DNA from: Ignavibacteriota bacterium
GTDB lineage: Bacteria > Bacteroidota > Ignavibacteria > UBA10030 > CAVZMI01
Assembly (NCBI GenBank): GCA_963776275.1
Contig: CAVZMI010000020.1
Span: 128,001 to 192,000, forward strand
Length of the DNA stretch: 64,000 nt
Reading direction: 5' to 3'
Position 1 is the stretch's first letter; each line of letters opens with the position of its first letter. The notes below the pieces were generated by a model, which saw only the letters and a list, made by a program, of their open reading frames with translations, made no database searches and was not told the DNA's origin. This document shows positions 29,777 to 42,037 of the stretch, piece after piece. A program made the position numbers and the translations under genes.

Positions 29777-30295
29777 TTACCTTCTCTCTCTGAATGGCGG
29801 AAGTATAACAAACATCGCATTTCCCTGTAGAATAGAACCTGACTTCAAATAAAAACCCGATGACGATGTACCTTTGAACTGAAACCGGTTTGCAGCAGGA
29901 TAATTATAACCGGGTCCGCTGATAGCTCTGATATTAAATAGCACCGTTCTGTCCCCGGGCACGTCAAACACCATATCGCCGGCGGTTAATTTAATTTCCA
30001 CCGCTCGCCCGGTACCGGAAGGATTATAGCCGATGAAATTAATAACTTTATCAACGGTTGGACTTTCATTATACGGCACACCGGTGGCGGCGATATAAAT
30101 GGTTGTACTATCGACCGCAGCAAGTAACGCATTAGAAATATGTTGTTTCGGTTCATCAGCGCCTCCCTTAAAAACCGGAGACAAACCATTATAGGAATCC
30201 ATACCAATCTTATTATTTACATACAATTTCATTTGAGCAAATGTCATACTTACCAAGACAATGATGAAGAAAAATACCATAAATAGTTTTTTCAT
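29777..30295 (-). CDS. secreted single-module paralog of the adjacent T9SS protein
   Basis: GGGAGA RBS; signal peptide; YV...G.D.YNGLSP, DMVF, A.RF.F.G and PPF motifs shared. Confidence 0.75.
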   Translation of the reverse strand: MKKLFMVFFFIIVLVSMTFAQMKLYVNNKIGMDSYNGLSPVFKGGADEPKQHISNALLAAVDSTTIYIAATGVPYNESPTVDKVINFIGYNPSGTGRAVEIKLTAGDMVFDVPGDRTVLFNIRAISGPGYNYPAANRFQFKGTSSSGFYLKSGSILQGNAMFVILPPFRERR

Positions 30296-30402
30296 TTTGT
30301 CATCTCCCTTTTGATAGTAATCCTTAATTAAAAACGGCAACCGTATATCGACACATGTGCCGGTTTTTTTGCTCCACTACCTTTTTGAGACTTTCCGTAT
30401 TC

Positions 30403-30966
30403 TTATACCATATGAGTAATAACAATCCGTATCCCGATAATACAGAGAATAATTCCCCCCACTATCTCCATTCTCTTTCCGAATTTTTCCCCGAGAACAT
30501 GACCGAGGCGCAAGCCGACAAGCGATAATATCCCTGTGATCACACCGATAATGATGCTCGGATACCAGATATCGATTCGTATGATCGCCAGACTGAGACC
30601 TACCGCCAGGGCATCGATGCTTGTGGCAACCGACAGAATAACGAGTGTTATACCGGTAGTGGGATCACCGGAAGATTCCTGAATCTCGGGCCCGGTTTTC
30701 AAACCGGCACGAATCATTTTGCCCCCCACATACATCAGAAGTGCGAATGCGATCCAGTGGTCGAATGCCTGTATGATCGGCTCGATCGTATACCCGATAT
30801 ACCATCCGATAACGGGCATGAAGAATTGAAAAAGTCCGAAATGAAACGAAATCCTGAATACCGGCCCTGGTCCTTTTCCATACCGGGACGATCCGACTCC
30901 CAGCGCAACTGCAAAGGCATCCATTGCCAATCCGATTGCTATCAAAATAATTTCTATCGTGGTCAT
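30403..30966 (-). CDS. mntP: manganese efflux pump MntP
   Basis: GLAMDAFAVA and ATSIDALAVG repeats; six TM helices. Confidence 0.9.
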   Translation of the reverse strand: MTTIEIILIAIGLAMDAFAVALGVGSSRYGKGPGPVFRISFHFGLFQFFMPVIGWYIGYTIEPIIQAFDHWIAFALLMYVGGKMIRAGLKTGPEIQESSGDPTTGITLVILSVATSIDALAVGLSLAIIRIDIWYPSIIIGVITGILSLVGLRLGHVLGEKFGKRMEIVGGIILCIIGIRIVITHMV

Positions 30967-30981
30967 CAATTATAAAAATAA

Positions 30982-31021
30982 AAAAGGTGAATGCTGATGA
31001 AAAGATACTTGCATTCACCTG
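30982..31021 (-). terminator. intrinsic terminator after clpX
   Basis: AGGTGAATGC...GCATTCACCT stem followed by T-tract on the minus strand. Confidence 0.6.
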
Positions 31022-31043
31022 ATGCTTTGTTAGGACATCCTTT

Positions 31044-32307
31044 CTATGCGGTTGCCTTCCGGTCTTCGTAGAGATAAATCGGCTCGTTTTTTCTAAGAAT
31101 GGATTCTTTTGTGATAATACATTTTGTTATATTCTGTCGTGCGGGAAGATGGTACATAATGTCGAGCATAGTGTCTTCGATAATGGATCGAAGTGCGCGG
31201 GCACCTGTCCCGCGTTCCATGGCACGTTGCACAACACATTCCAGTGCATGCTTTTCAAACTCAAGCTCAACCCCTTCGATGGCGAAAAGTTTTTTATACT
31301 GTTTGATGAGAGCGTTCTTCGGCTCCGTGAGGATACTCAGCAGCGCGTTTTCCGAAAGTGAATGAAGAGTTGCGACAACATGAAGCCGGCCTACAAATTC
31401 CGGAATCAAACCGAATTTCAGAAGATCGTCGGGTTCAACAAGGTGGAGGAATTCATCAAGAGTCTCTTCCTTCCGTACCTTCAGCTCTGCGCCAAATCCG
31501 ATCGGATTCTGGCTCACCCTTCGCTCGATAATCTTTTCGAGTCCTTCAAACGCACCGCCGCAAATGAACAGTATATTTTTCGTGTTCAGGTTAATCAGGC
31601 TCTGTTCAGGATGTTTTCGTCCCCCTTTGGGCGGTACGCCTGCGATTGTACCCTCAAGGATTTTCAATAACGCCTGCTGGACACCTTCCCCTGAAACGTC
31701 GCGTGTGATCGAAGCGCTGTCGCTTTTCCGTGCAATTTTATCGATCTCGTCGATGTACACGATACCTCTCTCCGCCCGTTCCACATTGTAATCGGCATTC
31801 TGTAGGAGATAGACTAAAATTGTCTCGACATCATCACCGACATAGCCGGCCTCCGTCAGGGTTGTCGCGTCGGCAATAGCAAACGGTACGTCCAAAACCT
31901 TTGCAAGTGTCTGCGCAAGCATCGTTTTACCGACTCCGGTACGGACCAATCAGCAGAATATTGCTTTTTTCAATCTCGACATCATCGAGATTCTTCAACG
32001 GTTCCGTGACATCGATTCTTTTATAGTGATTATAGACCGCCACAGCGAGTGTTTTCTTTGCATGTTCCTGTCCAATCACATACTCATCAAGCGCTTTTTT
32101 TATTTCCTGCGGCTGAAGTCCGATACGTTTGACGCCTTTCTGTGCAGTAAAAGCGGCCGTACTGTTCTTGATAATATCTATGGAATGAGAGACGCAGACA
32201 TCGCAGATGTACACACCCGGACCCGCGATGATACTTGTCGCCTCGTCGGGTTCGCGTCCGCAGAATGAACAGCGGATATTTTCCGGAGTTTTCGGTTTTT
32301 CTGTCAT
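31044..32307 (-). pseudogene. clpX: ClpX ATPase, frameshifted in Walker A (extra base near 31941)
   Basis: CSFC...CxxC zinc domain, KSNILLIGP|TGVGKT, DEIDK and [10 protein letters not shown] motifs; likely sequencing indel. Confidence 0.9.
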
Positions 32308-32331
32308 AATCGCTCTCTCCCGGCGATGTTT

Positions 32332-32952
32332 TTATTTTTCTTTCTTCTCACCCTGTTTCTTCACCAGGATGTTGTCTATCAGTCCATATTCTTTTGCTTC
32401 TTCTGAAGACATGTAATTGTCGCGATCGGTATCGATCTGAACTTGTTCAAATGATTTTCCGGTATGGAATGCGAGGATTTCATTCAAACGTGTCTTTGTC
32501 TTCAATATTTCTTCCGCCTGGATTCTGATATCACTCGCAGTACCCTGTACTCCTCCCCACGGTTGATGTATCATGATGCGGGTGTTCGGAAGTGCTGCCC
32601 GTTTCCCCTTCGTTCCACCCGCCAGCAGCACCGCACCCATACTGGCCGCCATACCGACGCATGTCGTGGCAACATCGGGTCGAACGAACTGCATCGTATC
32701 ATAGATTGCCAGTCCGGCACTCACATTGCCTCCCGGAGAGTTGATGTATACCTGAACATCCTTCTCAGGATTTTCCGATGCAAGAAAGAGAAGCTGTGCG
32801 ATGACCAGGCTGGCGACCACGTCGTCGATTTGTGTACCGATAAAAATAATACGCTCTTTCAGTAGACGCGAGTAAATATCGTAAGCCCGTTCACCGCGAC
32901 CCGTTTGTTCAACAACGATGGGCACCAGTTGATTATAGATATCCGATTTCAT
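32332..32952 (-). CDS. clpP: ATP-dependent Clp protease proteolytic subunit
   Basis: DIYSRLL, YINSPGG, AASMG, MIHQP and DRD motifs. Confidence 0.97.
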   Translation of the reverse strand: MKSDIYNQLVPIVVEQTGRGERAYDIYSRLLKERIIFIGTQIDDVVASLVIAQLLFLASENPEKDVQVYINSPGGNVSAGLAIYDTMQFVRPDVATTCVGMAASMGAVLLAGGTKGKRAALPNTRIMIHQPWGGVQGTASDIRIQAEEILKTKTRLNEILAFHTGKSFEQVQIDTDRDNYMSSEEAKEYGLIDNILVKKQGEKKEK

Positions 32953-32966
32953 GTCTATCCCCTTGA

Positions 32967-34241
32967 TTAAAATGAATCTGAAGTTTCCCTGACCGTAATC
33001 TTGGTATTCGAGACCAGAAGCTCGTTCAGCTTTTTCGAAAGAATGCGATCGATCCCCGATTTCGATTCTTTGTAGTATGTAATTAATCGTTCCTTTTCAA
33101 TGCCGATCTTCTTCGCCTCCGCCTCGGCAATCTCTTCATAGTCGCTATCGGCAACCGTCAGTTGTTCCTGTTCGATCATCCGTTCGCGGATAATCTGCCA
33201 TCGGGCATGCCAGACAGCGTACTCCCGGTTTTGTTTCCTGAACTCTTCTTCATTAAAATCGGGTGGCAATTTCTTGCCGGGCTGACGGTTCTTGAGGTCT
33301 TCCACAAACGAATCCTGAAACCCTTTGATGATACTCTCCGGGACATCGAATTCATGTGTTTTCACAAGCTCGTTTGCGATGGCATCCATAACCTTATTGT
33401 CGGAACGCTCTTTCCAGTACGACTCAATATCCTCGCGCAGTTTCCGCATGAATTCATCTGTTTTTTTGATTTTCTCTTTTGTGATTTTCTGCACGAACTC
33501 ATCGTTGAATTCCGGGAGTTCTACTTTCTCGATTTTCTTAACGAGAATATGTGTGTGATGATCATGTCTCTGATCATCATGCTGTGTAACATATTTTACC
33601 CGATGCTCACTTCCGACAGTGGCATCAATCAATGAATTTTTAATTTCCTTGACAAGCTCTTCCTGGGCAAGATAGAGACGTGCATCGCTCTGTTTTTGAC
33701 CGATAATCGGCGTTCCAGCTTCATCGAGATCCTGCAGATCGGCCGTCACGACAAATTCTTCATCTTCCACTTTCTCGGCTTCATGTCTTGTACTGTTGAT
33801 GCGCCGCAGCCGGAGAACCTCTTCCTGCAGTTCTGCATCGGTCATTGGATGGACGAGTTTTTCAATCTTGAGTCCTTTGTACCCATGAACTGTAATCTCC
33901 GGGAGAACATCATGCTTGATTTTAAAACGAAATGATTCTCCTCGTTTGTAATTCATATCTACCATCGTCGGATCGCCGATGGGTTTCAGGTTCTTTTCCT
34001 CAATGGCTTTTCGATAAAGCTCCGTTGCGATTGTATCGAGCGACTCATACTCAATCGTTTCACCATAGAACTTTTTGACCATATTCATGGGGGCTTTCCC
34101 CTTGCGGAAGCCCTTGATTTCTACTTTAGGACGATAACGTTCGTACGCTTTTTCAATATGCGGTATAAGTTCTTCAGCCGTAGCAGTGATTTCAATCTCC
34201 TGCGCGCAGCCGGGTACCGGTGTGATGGTAATTTCCAACAT
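32967..34241 (-). CDS. tig: trigger factor
   Basis: GFRKGKAP signature; tig-clpP-clpX order. Confidence 0.93.
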   Translation of the reverse strand: MLEITITPVPGCAQEIEITATAEELIPHIEKAYERYRPKVEIKGFRKGKAPMNMVKKFYGETIEYESLDTIATELYRKAIEEKNLKPIGDPTMVDMNYKRGESFRFKIKHDVLPEITVHGYKGLKIEKLVHPMTDAELQEEVLRLRRINSTRHEAEKVEDEEFVVTADLQDLDEAGTPIIGQKQSDARLYLAQEELVKEIKNSLIDATVGSEHRVKYVTQHDDQRHDHHTHILVKKIEKVELPEFNDEFVQKITKEKIKKTDEFMRKLREDIESYWKERSDNKVMDAIANELVKTHEFDVPESIIKGFQDSFVEDLKNRQPGKKLPPDFNEEEFRKQNREYAVWHARWQIIRERMIEQEQLTVADSDYEEIAEAEAKKIGIEKERLITYYKESKSGIDRILSKKLNELLVSNTKITVRETSDSF

Positions 34242-34498
34242 GTACTCCTACTATGGGTTATGAAAGGTACGAAAAAGCGTCTAAAACAGCAAACCGATAA
34301 AAGAGCGCAGATTTTGCTGGATTTATCAGAAAATCTAATCTTTATCATCGGTGGGATAACGTCGCATCAACAACAGGTTAGAAAATAAAGGATGAAAATG
34401 AGATCGACAACATTATGAACTACGAAAATAACATGTGTTGGATTGAGATATGGGGCCTCGGGAACGAATCGAAAGAATTCTGGATATATTAATCAACC

Positions 34499-35827
34499 TT
34501 ACACCAGAGGATGTACACCGGCGGTATCGACCATCGCACGAATCATCGGCACCTGCGATGGGCGCTGTGAGCTGAAAACAATGGCACGTGCAAGACGTGA
34601 TTTTGTACGGGGGAGTACATCCATACGATCGGTATACAGAGTACAGACACTATCACCGATATCCACGGCATCACCGACTTTCCGATGGAAAACAATACCC
34701 GCTTTTGGGTCGATCTCATCATCCACTTTCATACGACCCGCCCCCAGCTCGACGGCAGTGAATCCTGTTTCAAGCGCATCGATTTTTGCAATAAATCCTG
34801 TCATTCCACTTTTAATGTCGACACTATGCGAGGCAATTGGATATTTCTCCGGTTCTTCAATGAAGGATATATCGCCCCCCTGTTTTTCCACCATACGAAG
34901 AAATTTCTTGAATGCCTCGCCGGAGACAATTGCTTTCTGGCATAACTCTCGCCCTTCTTCTATCGAGCGTGCCTTTCCACCCAGCATCAGCATGGTTCCC
35001 GCAAGCTGGTAGGTCACCGCCATCAAATCCGGAACCTCTTCTCCCCTGAGGCATTGAACCGCCTCGACAACCTCAAGCCAATTTCCGACAGTCCTACCGA
35101 GCGGTTGATTCATCTCGGTGATATACCCGATTGTTCGTTTTCCTGCATAGCTCGCGGTATTAACCAGTGTTTGAGCAAGCTCGGCCGCTCGTTCATAGCT
35201 TGACATAAACGCACCCCGCCCTGTTTTTATGTCGAATACAAGAGCATCTATTCCTTCGGCCAGTTTTTTACTAATGATGCTCGCCGCGATGAGAGGAATG
35301 GAATCAATTGTCGCTGTCACATCGCGCAGAGAGTACATGCGTTTATCGGCGGGGACGATTGCAGAAGTGGGACCAGCCATAACCAGTCCGATATCACGGA
35401 TAGTCTCCCTGTATTCTTCGACCGAAAGATTCGTACGCAACCCCGGGATGGATTCGAGTTTATCGAGAGTGCCGCCCGTATGACTGAGACCCCGCCCGCT
35501 CAACATCGGTACCGGAATACCACAGGCGGCAACTATAGGTGCAAGAATCAGAGATACTTTATCGCCCACTCCGCCCGTGGAATGTTTATCAACCTTGATG
35601 CCGGGAATATCCGAGAGATCAATTACAGCACCGGAATGAATCATCTCGTCGGTCAGCCATGCAGTCTCTTCAACCGACAATCCTTGAAAATAGATTGCCA
35701 TCAGAAGCGGAGTCATCTGATAGTCTGGGAGTTCATTTCTCACGAACCCATCGATGATAAAATGGATTTCATCGCGGGTGAAATTTCCTCCATCGCGCTT
35801 CTTGCGAATGAGTTCTCCGGGATTCAT
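34499..35827 (-). CDS. pdp: thymidine/pyrimidine-nucleoside phosphorylase
   Basis: DKHSTGGVGDK, SGRGLSHTGGTLDKLESIPG and ADKRMYSLRD motifs. Confidence 0.93.
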   Translation of the reverse strand: MNPGELIRKKRDGGNFTRDEIHFIIDGFVRNELPDYQMTPLLMAIYFQGLSVEETAWLTDEMIHSGAVIDLSDIPGIKVDKHSTGGVGDKVSLILAPIVAACGIPVPMLSGRGLSHTGGTLDKLESIPGLRTNLSVEEYRETIRDIGLVMAGPTSAIVPADKRMYSLRDVTATIDSIPLIAASIISKKLAEGIDALVFDIKTGRGAFMSSYERAAELAQTLVNTASYAGKRTIGYITEMNQPLGRTVGNWLEVVEAVQCLRGEEVPDLMAVTYQLAGTMLMLGGKARSIEEGRELCQKAIVSGEAFKKFLRMVEKQGGDISFIEEPEKYPIASHSVDIKSGMTGFIAKIDALETGFTAVELGAGRMKVDDEIDPKAGIVFHRKVGDAVDIGDSVCTLYTDRMDVLPRTKSRLARAIVFSSQRPSQVPMIRAMVDTAGVHPLV

Positions 35828-35856
35828 GGTAATGGCAGTGTTGTGGTCAATTGAGA

Positions 35857-36414
35857 CTATTGCTTATGGAGTATTCGTTCCGTCAGAAAAATACCACAGA
35901 TTGTCTTGCTATCGGTAATTTCTCCCTGCTCTATCATTTCGATCGTCTTGTGCAAAGGAATCTGATGAACTGTGAGTGTTTGTTCTCCTTCTTCAAGTTT
36001 TTGACCTTCAATATTTTTTGTGAGTCCGGTTGCCATATAAATATGTAAGATTTCGGTACAGAAACCGGGGGTTGTATGAATTTGCGCCAGCTTACGAACA
36101 CTGCCTGCACTATATCCTGTTTCTTCCTGAAACTCCCGACGGGCTGCGTCCAGCGGATTCTCTCCGGGATCGAGTTTCCCGGCAGGCAGTTCCCACAACC
36201 ATGCATCAACGGCAAAACGAAATTGACGAACAAGGAGAATGGTTTCATCGGGGAAAAGTCCGATAACCACAGCACCACCGGGATGCTGTGCCACTTCGCG
36301 CACACCTTTTGCGCCTGAATCGTATTCAATATTGTCGACTATAACATTGAAAACTCTCCCGTGATAAATATCTTCATGAGAGAGTATTTTATAATTTTTC
36401 GGTTCGGTTTTCAT
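35857..36414 (-). CDS. NUDIX hydrolase (ADP-ribose pyrophosphatase-like)
   Basis: ELPAGKLD.GE....AARREFQEETG Nudix box; PGF motif. Confidence 0.9.
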   Translation of the reverse strand: MKTEPKNYKILSHEDIYHGRVFNVIVDNIEYDSGAKGVREVAQHPGGAVVIGLFPDETILLVRQFRFAVDAWLWELPAGKLDPGENPLDAARREFQEETGYSAGSVRKLAQIHTTPGFCTEILHIYMATGLTKNIEGQKLEEGEQTLTVHQIPLHKTIEMIEQGEITDSKTICGIFLTERILHKQ

Positions 36415-36419
36415 ATCAA

Positions 36420-37007
36420 TTATGGCTGATTTCCCCTGCTTCCGGGTTTCATGATCGGCATTCCCTTTGCACAGAGCGGACAGTCCGCCGGTTGATAAGT
36501 GATGACATCCATCGTGAGAATAGAATATGATTTGCTCGAGAACTTCACTTTCCCGCCGCTCCTGTCCACAATATAACCTACCCCGATGACTTTCCCCTCT
36601 GCTTTCTGAACAATATCAATTGTCTCAAACACCGATCCACCTGTCGTGACAACATCTTCACATACCAGGACTCGTTCTCCGGGAGCAATCATGAAACCGC
36701 GACGGAGCTGGAGTACGCTGTCTTTCCGCTCTGCAAAGACCGTACGGCAGTCAAGCATACGACCGACCTCTGTCGCCACCACGATGCCCCCCATCGCCGG
36801 AGCAATGACCAGCTCGATTTCGCTGTACTCGAAATGCTTCACAATCTCACCGGCAAAAAGATGGAGATATCGGGGATACTGGAGAACTTTAGCGCATTGA
36901 AAATAATTCGGACTGTGAAGACCGGACGTGAGTTGAAAATGTCCTTCCAGAAACGCATCGGTATCCCGGAAGATTTGCAGTACTTCTTCTTGTGGAAGTT
37001 TTCCCAT
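36420..37007 (-). CDS. pyrE: orotate phosphoribosyltransferase
   Basis: GHFQLTSG.HS and EDVVTTGGS motifs. Confidence 0.93.
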   Translation of the reverse strand: MGKLPQEEVLQIFRDTDAFLEGHFQLTSGLHSPNYFQCAKVLQYPRYLHLFAGEIVKHFEYSEIELVIAPAMGGIVVATEVGRMLDCRTVFAERKDSVLQLRRGFMIAPGERVLVCEDVVTTGGSVFETIDIVQKAEGKVIGVGYIVDRSGGKVKFSSKSYSILTMDVITYQPADCPLCAKGMPIMKPGSRGNQP

Positions 37008-37052
37008 ACGATGTCGAGTTTAATAATTATTGGGAATATCGGATTAGCAGTA

Positions 37053-37328
37053 TTAAAGTTTCTCGATTTCACGCGCCAGAGTCAGGTCTTTTTCCGTCAC
37101 ACCGCCATCGCTGTGAGTCGAGAGTGTGATTGTTACCATGTTCCACCGAATATCGATGTCCGGATGGTGATTTGCCTTTTCGGCCAGCAGTGCGACCGAG
37201 GTGACGAATCCCATTGCCTCGATAAAGCCTTTGTGCTTAAACTCTTTCTGGATTTTTTTACCTATGAGTCTCCAGCCTTTGAGATTTTCCAGTTCGATTT
37301 TAATAGCTCTCTGCGACATCAATGCCAT
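37053..37328 (-). CDS. phhB: pterin-4-alpha-carbinolamine dehydratase
   Basis: AE..NHHPDI and STHS.GG.TEKD motifs. Confidence 0.9.
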   Translation of the reverse strand: MALMSQRAIKIELENLKGWRLIGKKIQKEFKHKGFIEAMGFVTSVALLAEKANHHPDIDIRWNMVTITLSTHSDGGVTEKDLTLAREIEKL

Positions 37329-38346
37329 GTTGATTCATTCTTTCAGAAATTTTCGATCGGCATCCCTTAAATGGTTTGACACGGTTGGTAAAATCCGGTC
37401 GGTAGTATTTATGACTATCGAAATCTTGTATCCAGCCGTTTGTGAAGTTATACTTTTCAAGATAATACAATACACGATTGTATTCACTCTCTCGAATGCG
37501 GCGATTTAGTAATTCCGTCGTTTGCGCTTCATGAGTGGGATAATATTGCGCCATAATGCTCATTGTCACTTCCGGGCTGAGCGCAGTGCCGATCCATTCA
37601 AGCGTCTCTTTACTGCGTGCAATATCATTGGGGAGGACGAGGTGACGGATAATCAATCCACGCCGGACAACTCCATCATCATCGACGGTCAATCCGTTAC
37701 CGACCTGACGATGCATTTCGGCAATCGCTGCGCGGGCATGCGGGACATACTCTTTTATTTTCGAATATTTGTAAGCATCCTCGTCAGCACCATATTTCAG
37801 ATCGGGCAGATAGATATCGATAATACCTTCAAGCAAACGGAGGACTTCGACGGAGTCGTAAGCGTTGGTGTTGTAGATAAGCGGGAGCATCAGTCCCATC
37901 GGAATCGCGAGCATCAACGCTTTTACAATCTGCGGTATGAAATGCGTCGGCGAGACAAAACCGATAGAATGTACCTGTTTTTCCTGAAGTTCGATCATGA
38001 TACGGGCGAGAAGATCGATGGGAACTTCATGATTCCGTTCTACACGCCAGTTCTGACTGATCAGGTGGTTTTGGCAATAGAGACAGCGCATGTTACAATT
38101 CCCGAAGAAAATATTCCCTACACCATTCCTACCACCAAGCGCAGGCTCTTCTCCAAAATGAAGACAATAGGAAGAGACGATAGGCAGAAAACCCGAGTGG
38201 CAGGCGGCAATTTCGTTTTTGATACGGTCGTTTCCGCAATTGCGGGGACAGAGCGTGCAGGGTGCAAGCATAGCTTCAAGCCGTTCGACCCGCCGCTGAA
38301 GTTCCCCTTCTTCATACAATCGTATATAGGATGGAATGAACGTCAC
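37300..38346 (-). CDS. radical SAM protein (PflX-like)
   Basis: C.LCPR.C, CNMRCLYCQN, DIYLPDLKY and IRHLVLP motifs; the true stop may lie slightly earlier. Confidence 0.85.
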   Translation of the reverse strand: MTFIPSYIRLYEEGELQRRVERLEAMLAPCTLCPRNCGNDRIKNEIAACHSGFLPIVSSYCLHFGEEPALGGRNGVGNIFFGNCNMRCLYCQNHLISQNWRVERNHEVPIDLLARIMIELQEKQVHSIGFVSPTHFIPQIVKALMLAIPMGLMLPLIYNTNAYDSVEVLRLLEGIIDIYLPDLKYGADEDAYKYSKIKEYVPHARAAIAEMHRQVGNGLTVDDDGVVRRGLIIRHLVLPNDIARSKETLEWIGTALSPEVTMSIMAQYYPTHEAQTTELLNRRIRESEYNRVLYYLEKYNFTNGWIQDFDSHKYYRPDFTNRVKPFKGCRSKISERMNQHGIDVAESY

Positions 38347-38494
38347 TGTTTATCGATAGATGATATATAACAATATACGAAAACGATACTTTGGATGCCA
38401 GAAGATGAGGTTTGATCTTACCCAAATATTTCTAGTTTATGAATATTAGGAGATTAAATTCGCGATTGTATGGAACGACATGCCATCAGAAAAC

Positions 38495-39311
38495 CTATCG
38501 CTCAAAGCCTCCAACCTTGTGAATCCGGCCGAGACGCTGACCAAGGAAACGTTCACCGACCTCAAGAAATTTATGGGGAATATCGCTTACGTGAAACTGG
38601 ATGTTCGGACGTTGTGTGCTCGGATTTTTAAGATCGCGTAAGGTAAGAATTTCTTCAACAATCCCGCCTGTCGCCTCTCCGGAATCTATCAGCGTTATCG
38701 CTCCGCGCAATACTTTTTCAATCGTATCCCGTAGGATCGGATAATGTGTGCATCCCAGAACAAGCGTATCGATGCTTTGTGTCGTCAGGGGGAAGAGATA
38801 TTCTTTTGCGATTAATTCCGTTGCTGCGTGGTGGGTCTGATCCTTCTTCAGCAAGCGGTACAAAAAGCGGACACGCCTGGCTGAAGACTTCTATGGTCGG
38901 ATCAATTTGATAAATAGCGCTTTTATAAATATTACTTGCAATAGTTCCCAGTGTGCCGATCACGCCGACCCGTTTTTTCTTGGTTTCTTTGACAGCGGCA
39001 GCCGCACCGGGAGCAATCACTCCGACGACAGGAATCGAGCCCGCACGTTTTTGAACAACATCAAGCGCCACGGCTGAGACCGTATTGCATGCAACCACAA
39101 TCATTTTCACATCGTTTGAGAGGATAAATTCTGTATCTTGCAGCGCGTACTCGCGCACAACCTGGGCCGATTTCGGGCCATACGGTACACGGGCGGTATC
39201 GCCGAAGTACACGATGTTTTCATTCGGAAACTGCCGCATAAGGGCGCGGACAACTGTCAATCCGCCGATACCCGAATCGAAAACACCGATGGGTTTTTCG
39301 TTCGCTGTCAT
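38495..39311 (-). pseudogene. murI: glutamate racemase, frameshifted near 38838
   Basis: FDSGIGGLTV and ACNT in one frame, LGCTHYP in another; break just after PLAEEG; likely sequencing indel. Confidence 0.88.
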
Positions 39312-41969
39312 TTTAATTCAACATTTTTAAATGTGAGGATTGTTTTGAGAATAGCCTCCCGGATTTCAGTTTTTCGTCCTTCCGCCACCGGCGCACCGGA
39401 TCTGTCGACAACATAAAATGAATCAACAATACCGTCGCCGCGCGTCGCAATTTTTGCAAAAGTAATATTGAGGTTTTGTTCAGAGATCGTCTGTGTCACC
39501 CGATACAGGAATCCCAGCGCATCGGCTGCAAACACATCGATAATCGTAAAGCGAGGATCATCCTCAAATTCTACATCAAAGCGTATTACAGGACTTAGAT
39601 ATCCCCTGGTGCGACGTTTCCATTTACGCCGGTGATGTTCAAAGAGATGTTCAATATCAATCCGGCCTTCGATAACGGCATTGAGTTCATCATGGATCTT
39701 CTGGCAGACATCTTCTGTAAGATGCTGCTTTGTCATTGCATCGGTGACGCGAAATTTATCGATAATGATAGCGTCGGTCCGCGTAAAAATGTTCGCATCA
39801 AAAATATTTGCATCGTTGGCCGAGAGAACGCCGCAGAACTTCGAGAGGGCAAACGGCGCGTCAGTGGAAATAATCGTGACTTCCGTATATCCTTCACGTG
39901 TGCGAAAAAGAGTAGAGACGGTTTCATTATCACCGATTTTTGATATATGGAAAGCTATTTCTTCTTCATCGAAGGTACCGACGTATTGTGGACTATCGAT
40001 TTTCTGAAAATGTTCCTCTACGATTTCACGAGAATGTATACCGTTGAGTTTTGTCACAACCACCTCGACGGCCTCCCGATACCGATCGAGGTGAAGTGCA
40101 CGAAACTCTTCCTGTTTCAAACCGGCGCCTATTATCTCCTTCGCCTGCAGATATAATTCCTGAAGAAGCACGGCCTTCCAATTTGTCCATGTCGTCGGAT
40201 TTACTGCAGAAAGATCGGCATAGGTAATAAGGTACAGGCGATCGAGCTGGAAGGTGAAGGTAAATATTTCGGCAAATTCAGCTACCGTCTCGACATCGTG
40301 TATATTCCGCCGAAAACTTACCTGCTCCATTAAAAGGTGATTCTTGATAAGGAAAGTAACATCTTCAATATAATCTTCTAATCGCAGCCGTGTAAGAATC
40401 GACACGGCCATCGTTGCACCGATCACTTCGTGGTCATCGATTTGAACAGGTTTTGCGATGTCGTGGAGCAATAGTGTCATGAATAAAATACCTCGCTTTT
40501 TTCGGGCACGATAGAGATCTCCCAAGACACTTTCATCTCCTTCCAGGGCCTCGAACCGTTGAAGTGTGATAAGCGTATGCTCATCGGCTGTGTAATAATG
40601 ATAGCGACTGTGCTGGTAAAACGCGACAAGCGCTTCGAATTCCGAAATGAATCGGCTGAGCACAGTGAGGTCGGCCATTTCATATAACACATTTGCCACA
40701 TGCGAAGCTGATTCGATGATCGAACGAAAGATAAGGAGCGGTTTTTCGGAAAAAACCTCGGTATCCGGAACACGCACGGCGTTTTTATGAATTGCCGTTC
40801 GCAGCCTCTGACTGAGCCTCGGGCACCTCATGGCTCTGCATAAGACTAAAAGCTTCCATGGATGTCTCTAATGAGAATCCGTTCTCAACAGCCGCTGAAG
40901 TAATATCTAGCATGTCGCCACGAATGAGAAACCGGTCATCTATGATTTTCTTTTCGTCCTTTTTAATGCCGGGGGGCAATCGAAGTCGATACTTCTCGCG
41001 GAGCTGCCCGGTGAGTATCTGATTTAACCGCAATAGTGTCTTCGCGCTCAGATAATATTCCTGCATGAATCGTTCGACAGCCTGCCGGCTGCCGGAAGAT
41101 TCGAAGCCGAGCCCGTCGGCAATGACGCTTTGCAGCGAGTAATCAAGCGAGTCATGAAGCGTCTTTCGAAGAAAATGAACTTCGTTCCGTGTACGAAGCA
41201 GAAAGTTGAGCGCTGTAATCGCAGTATCGGACTGTATGAAATCCAATTCACCTTCTCGGGTGAGGAGCTCGAGCATTTCAACACATGCCGAGCGATGTTG
41301 TCCGGGTGTTGTCTCGCAATATCGGACATCCGAAGATCGATAGAGCCAGAGAATTGCATGAACATCGCGGAGTCCGCCTGCGCTTTTCTTAATATTCGGT
41401 TCAAGGAGTTTTGCCGAATTGCCGTATTTTGCGTGACGTGCGGTAAGTTCCTCGAGCACACGGTCGATAAAAAAATTGTCGGCCAGCTGCGCAACGGTTT
41501 CCGAACGGCGCCGGAAAAAGTCCGAGGCGATATCGTGATTTCCGCAGAGAAAGCGCGCTTCGAGAATCGAAGCCCAGTTCTCGACTTCGGTGGTTGAAAA
41601 ATGCATGCATTCGTCAATCGACCGTACACTGTGCCCGACATCCAATCCGCAATCCCAGAATGAGTGAAGAAGCTCCTTTACGGCAGGTTTGAGTTTTTCT
41701 TCATGTTTATTCTCATCGTGAACGAGCATGATATCAACGTCCGATTTCGGGCAGAGCTCTGTTCGTCCATATCCCCCTAACGCAAAGAGCGCAATTCCGG
41801 AGAGCGCATCGTTCACCGAAGCGCCGGCTAACGATATGATGACCTCATCCATCATAACGGCGAGGGCGGTGCATACGGTAAATCCGTCGGCGCCATTACG
41901 ATGCAATTGATATACGGCATCGCGCCGGGATGCAAGAACCTGCCGCTGTTCCTGGATTATTGTTTTCAT
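39308..41969 (-). pseudogene. glnD: [protein-PII] uridylyltransferase, frameshifted near 40825
   Basis: ALGGYGR..SDVD, GGLRD, YTADEH, LLHDIAK (HD domain) and two ACT domains; likely sequencing indel. Confidence 0.88.
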
Positions 41970-42037
41970 AAAGAAAATATATGAAAGCGGCAGACAAGTT
42001 ACAACTTTAATACTTTGAAGATAGCTAAAAAAATAAT

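Noticed and set aside
30967-31043. yybP-ykoY manganese riboswitch upstream of mntP
   Set aside because: Only 77 bp, occupied by a simple terminator hairpin; no recognisable aptamer.
31927-31949. programmed frameshift in clpX
   Set aside because: The break is inside Walker A, with no slippery sequence or stimulatory structure; an error is more parsimonious.
34443-35012. 189-aa plus-strand ORF and similar antisense ORFs across the window
   Set aside because: They overlap well-supported genes on the opposite strand and have no motifs.
37522-38370. 282-aa plus-strand ORF
   Set aside because: Antisense shadow of the radical SAM gene; no recognisable motifs.
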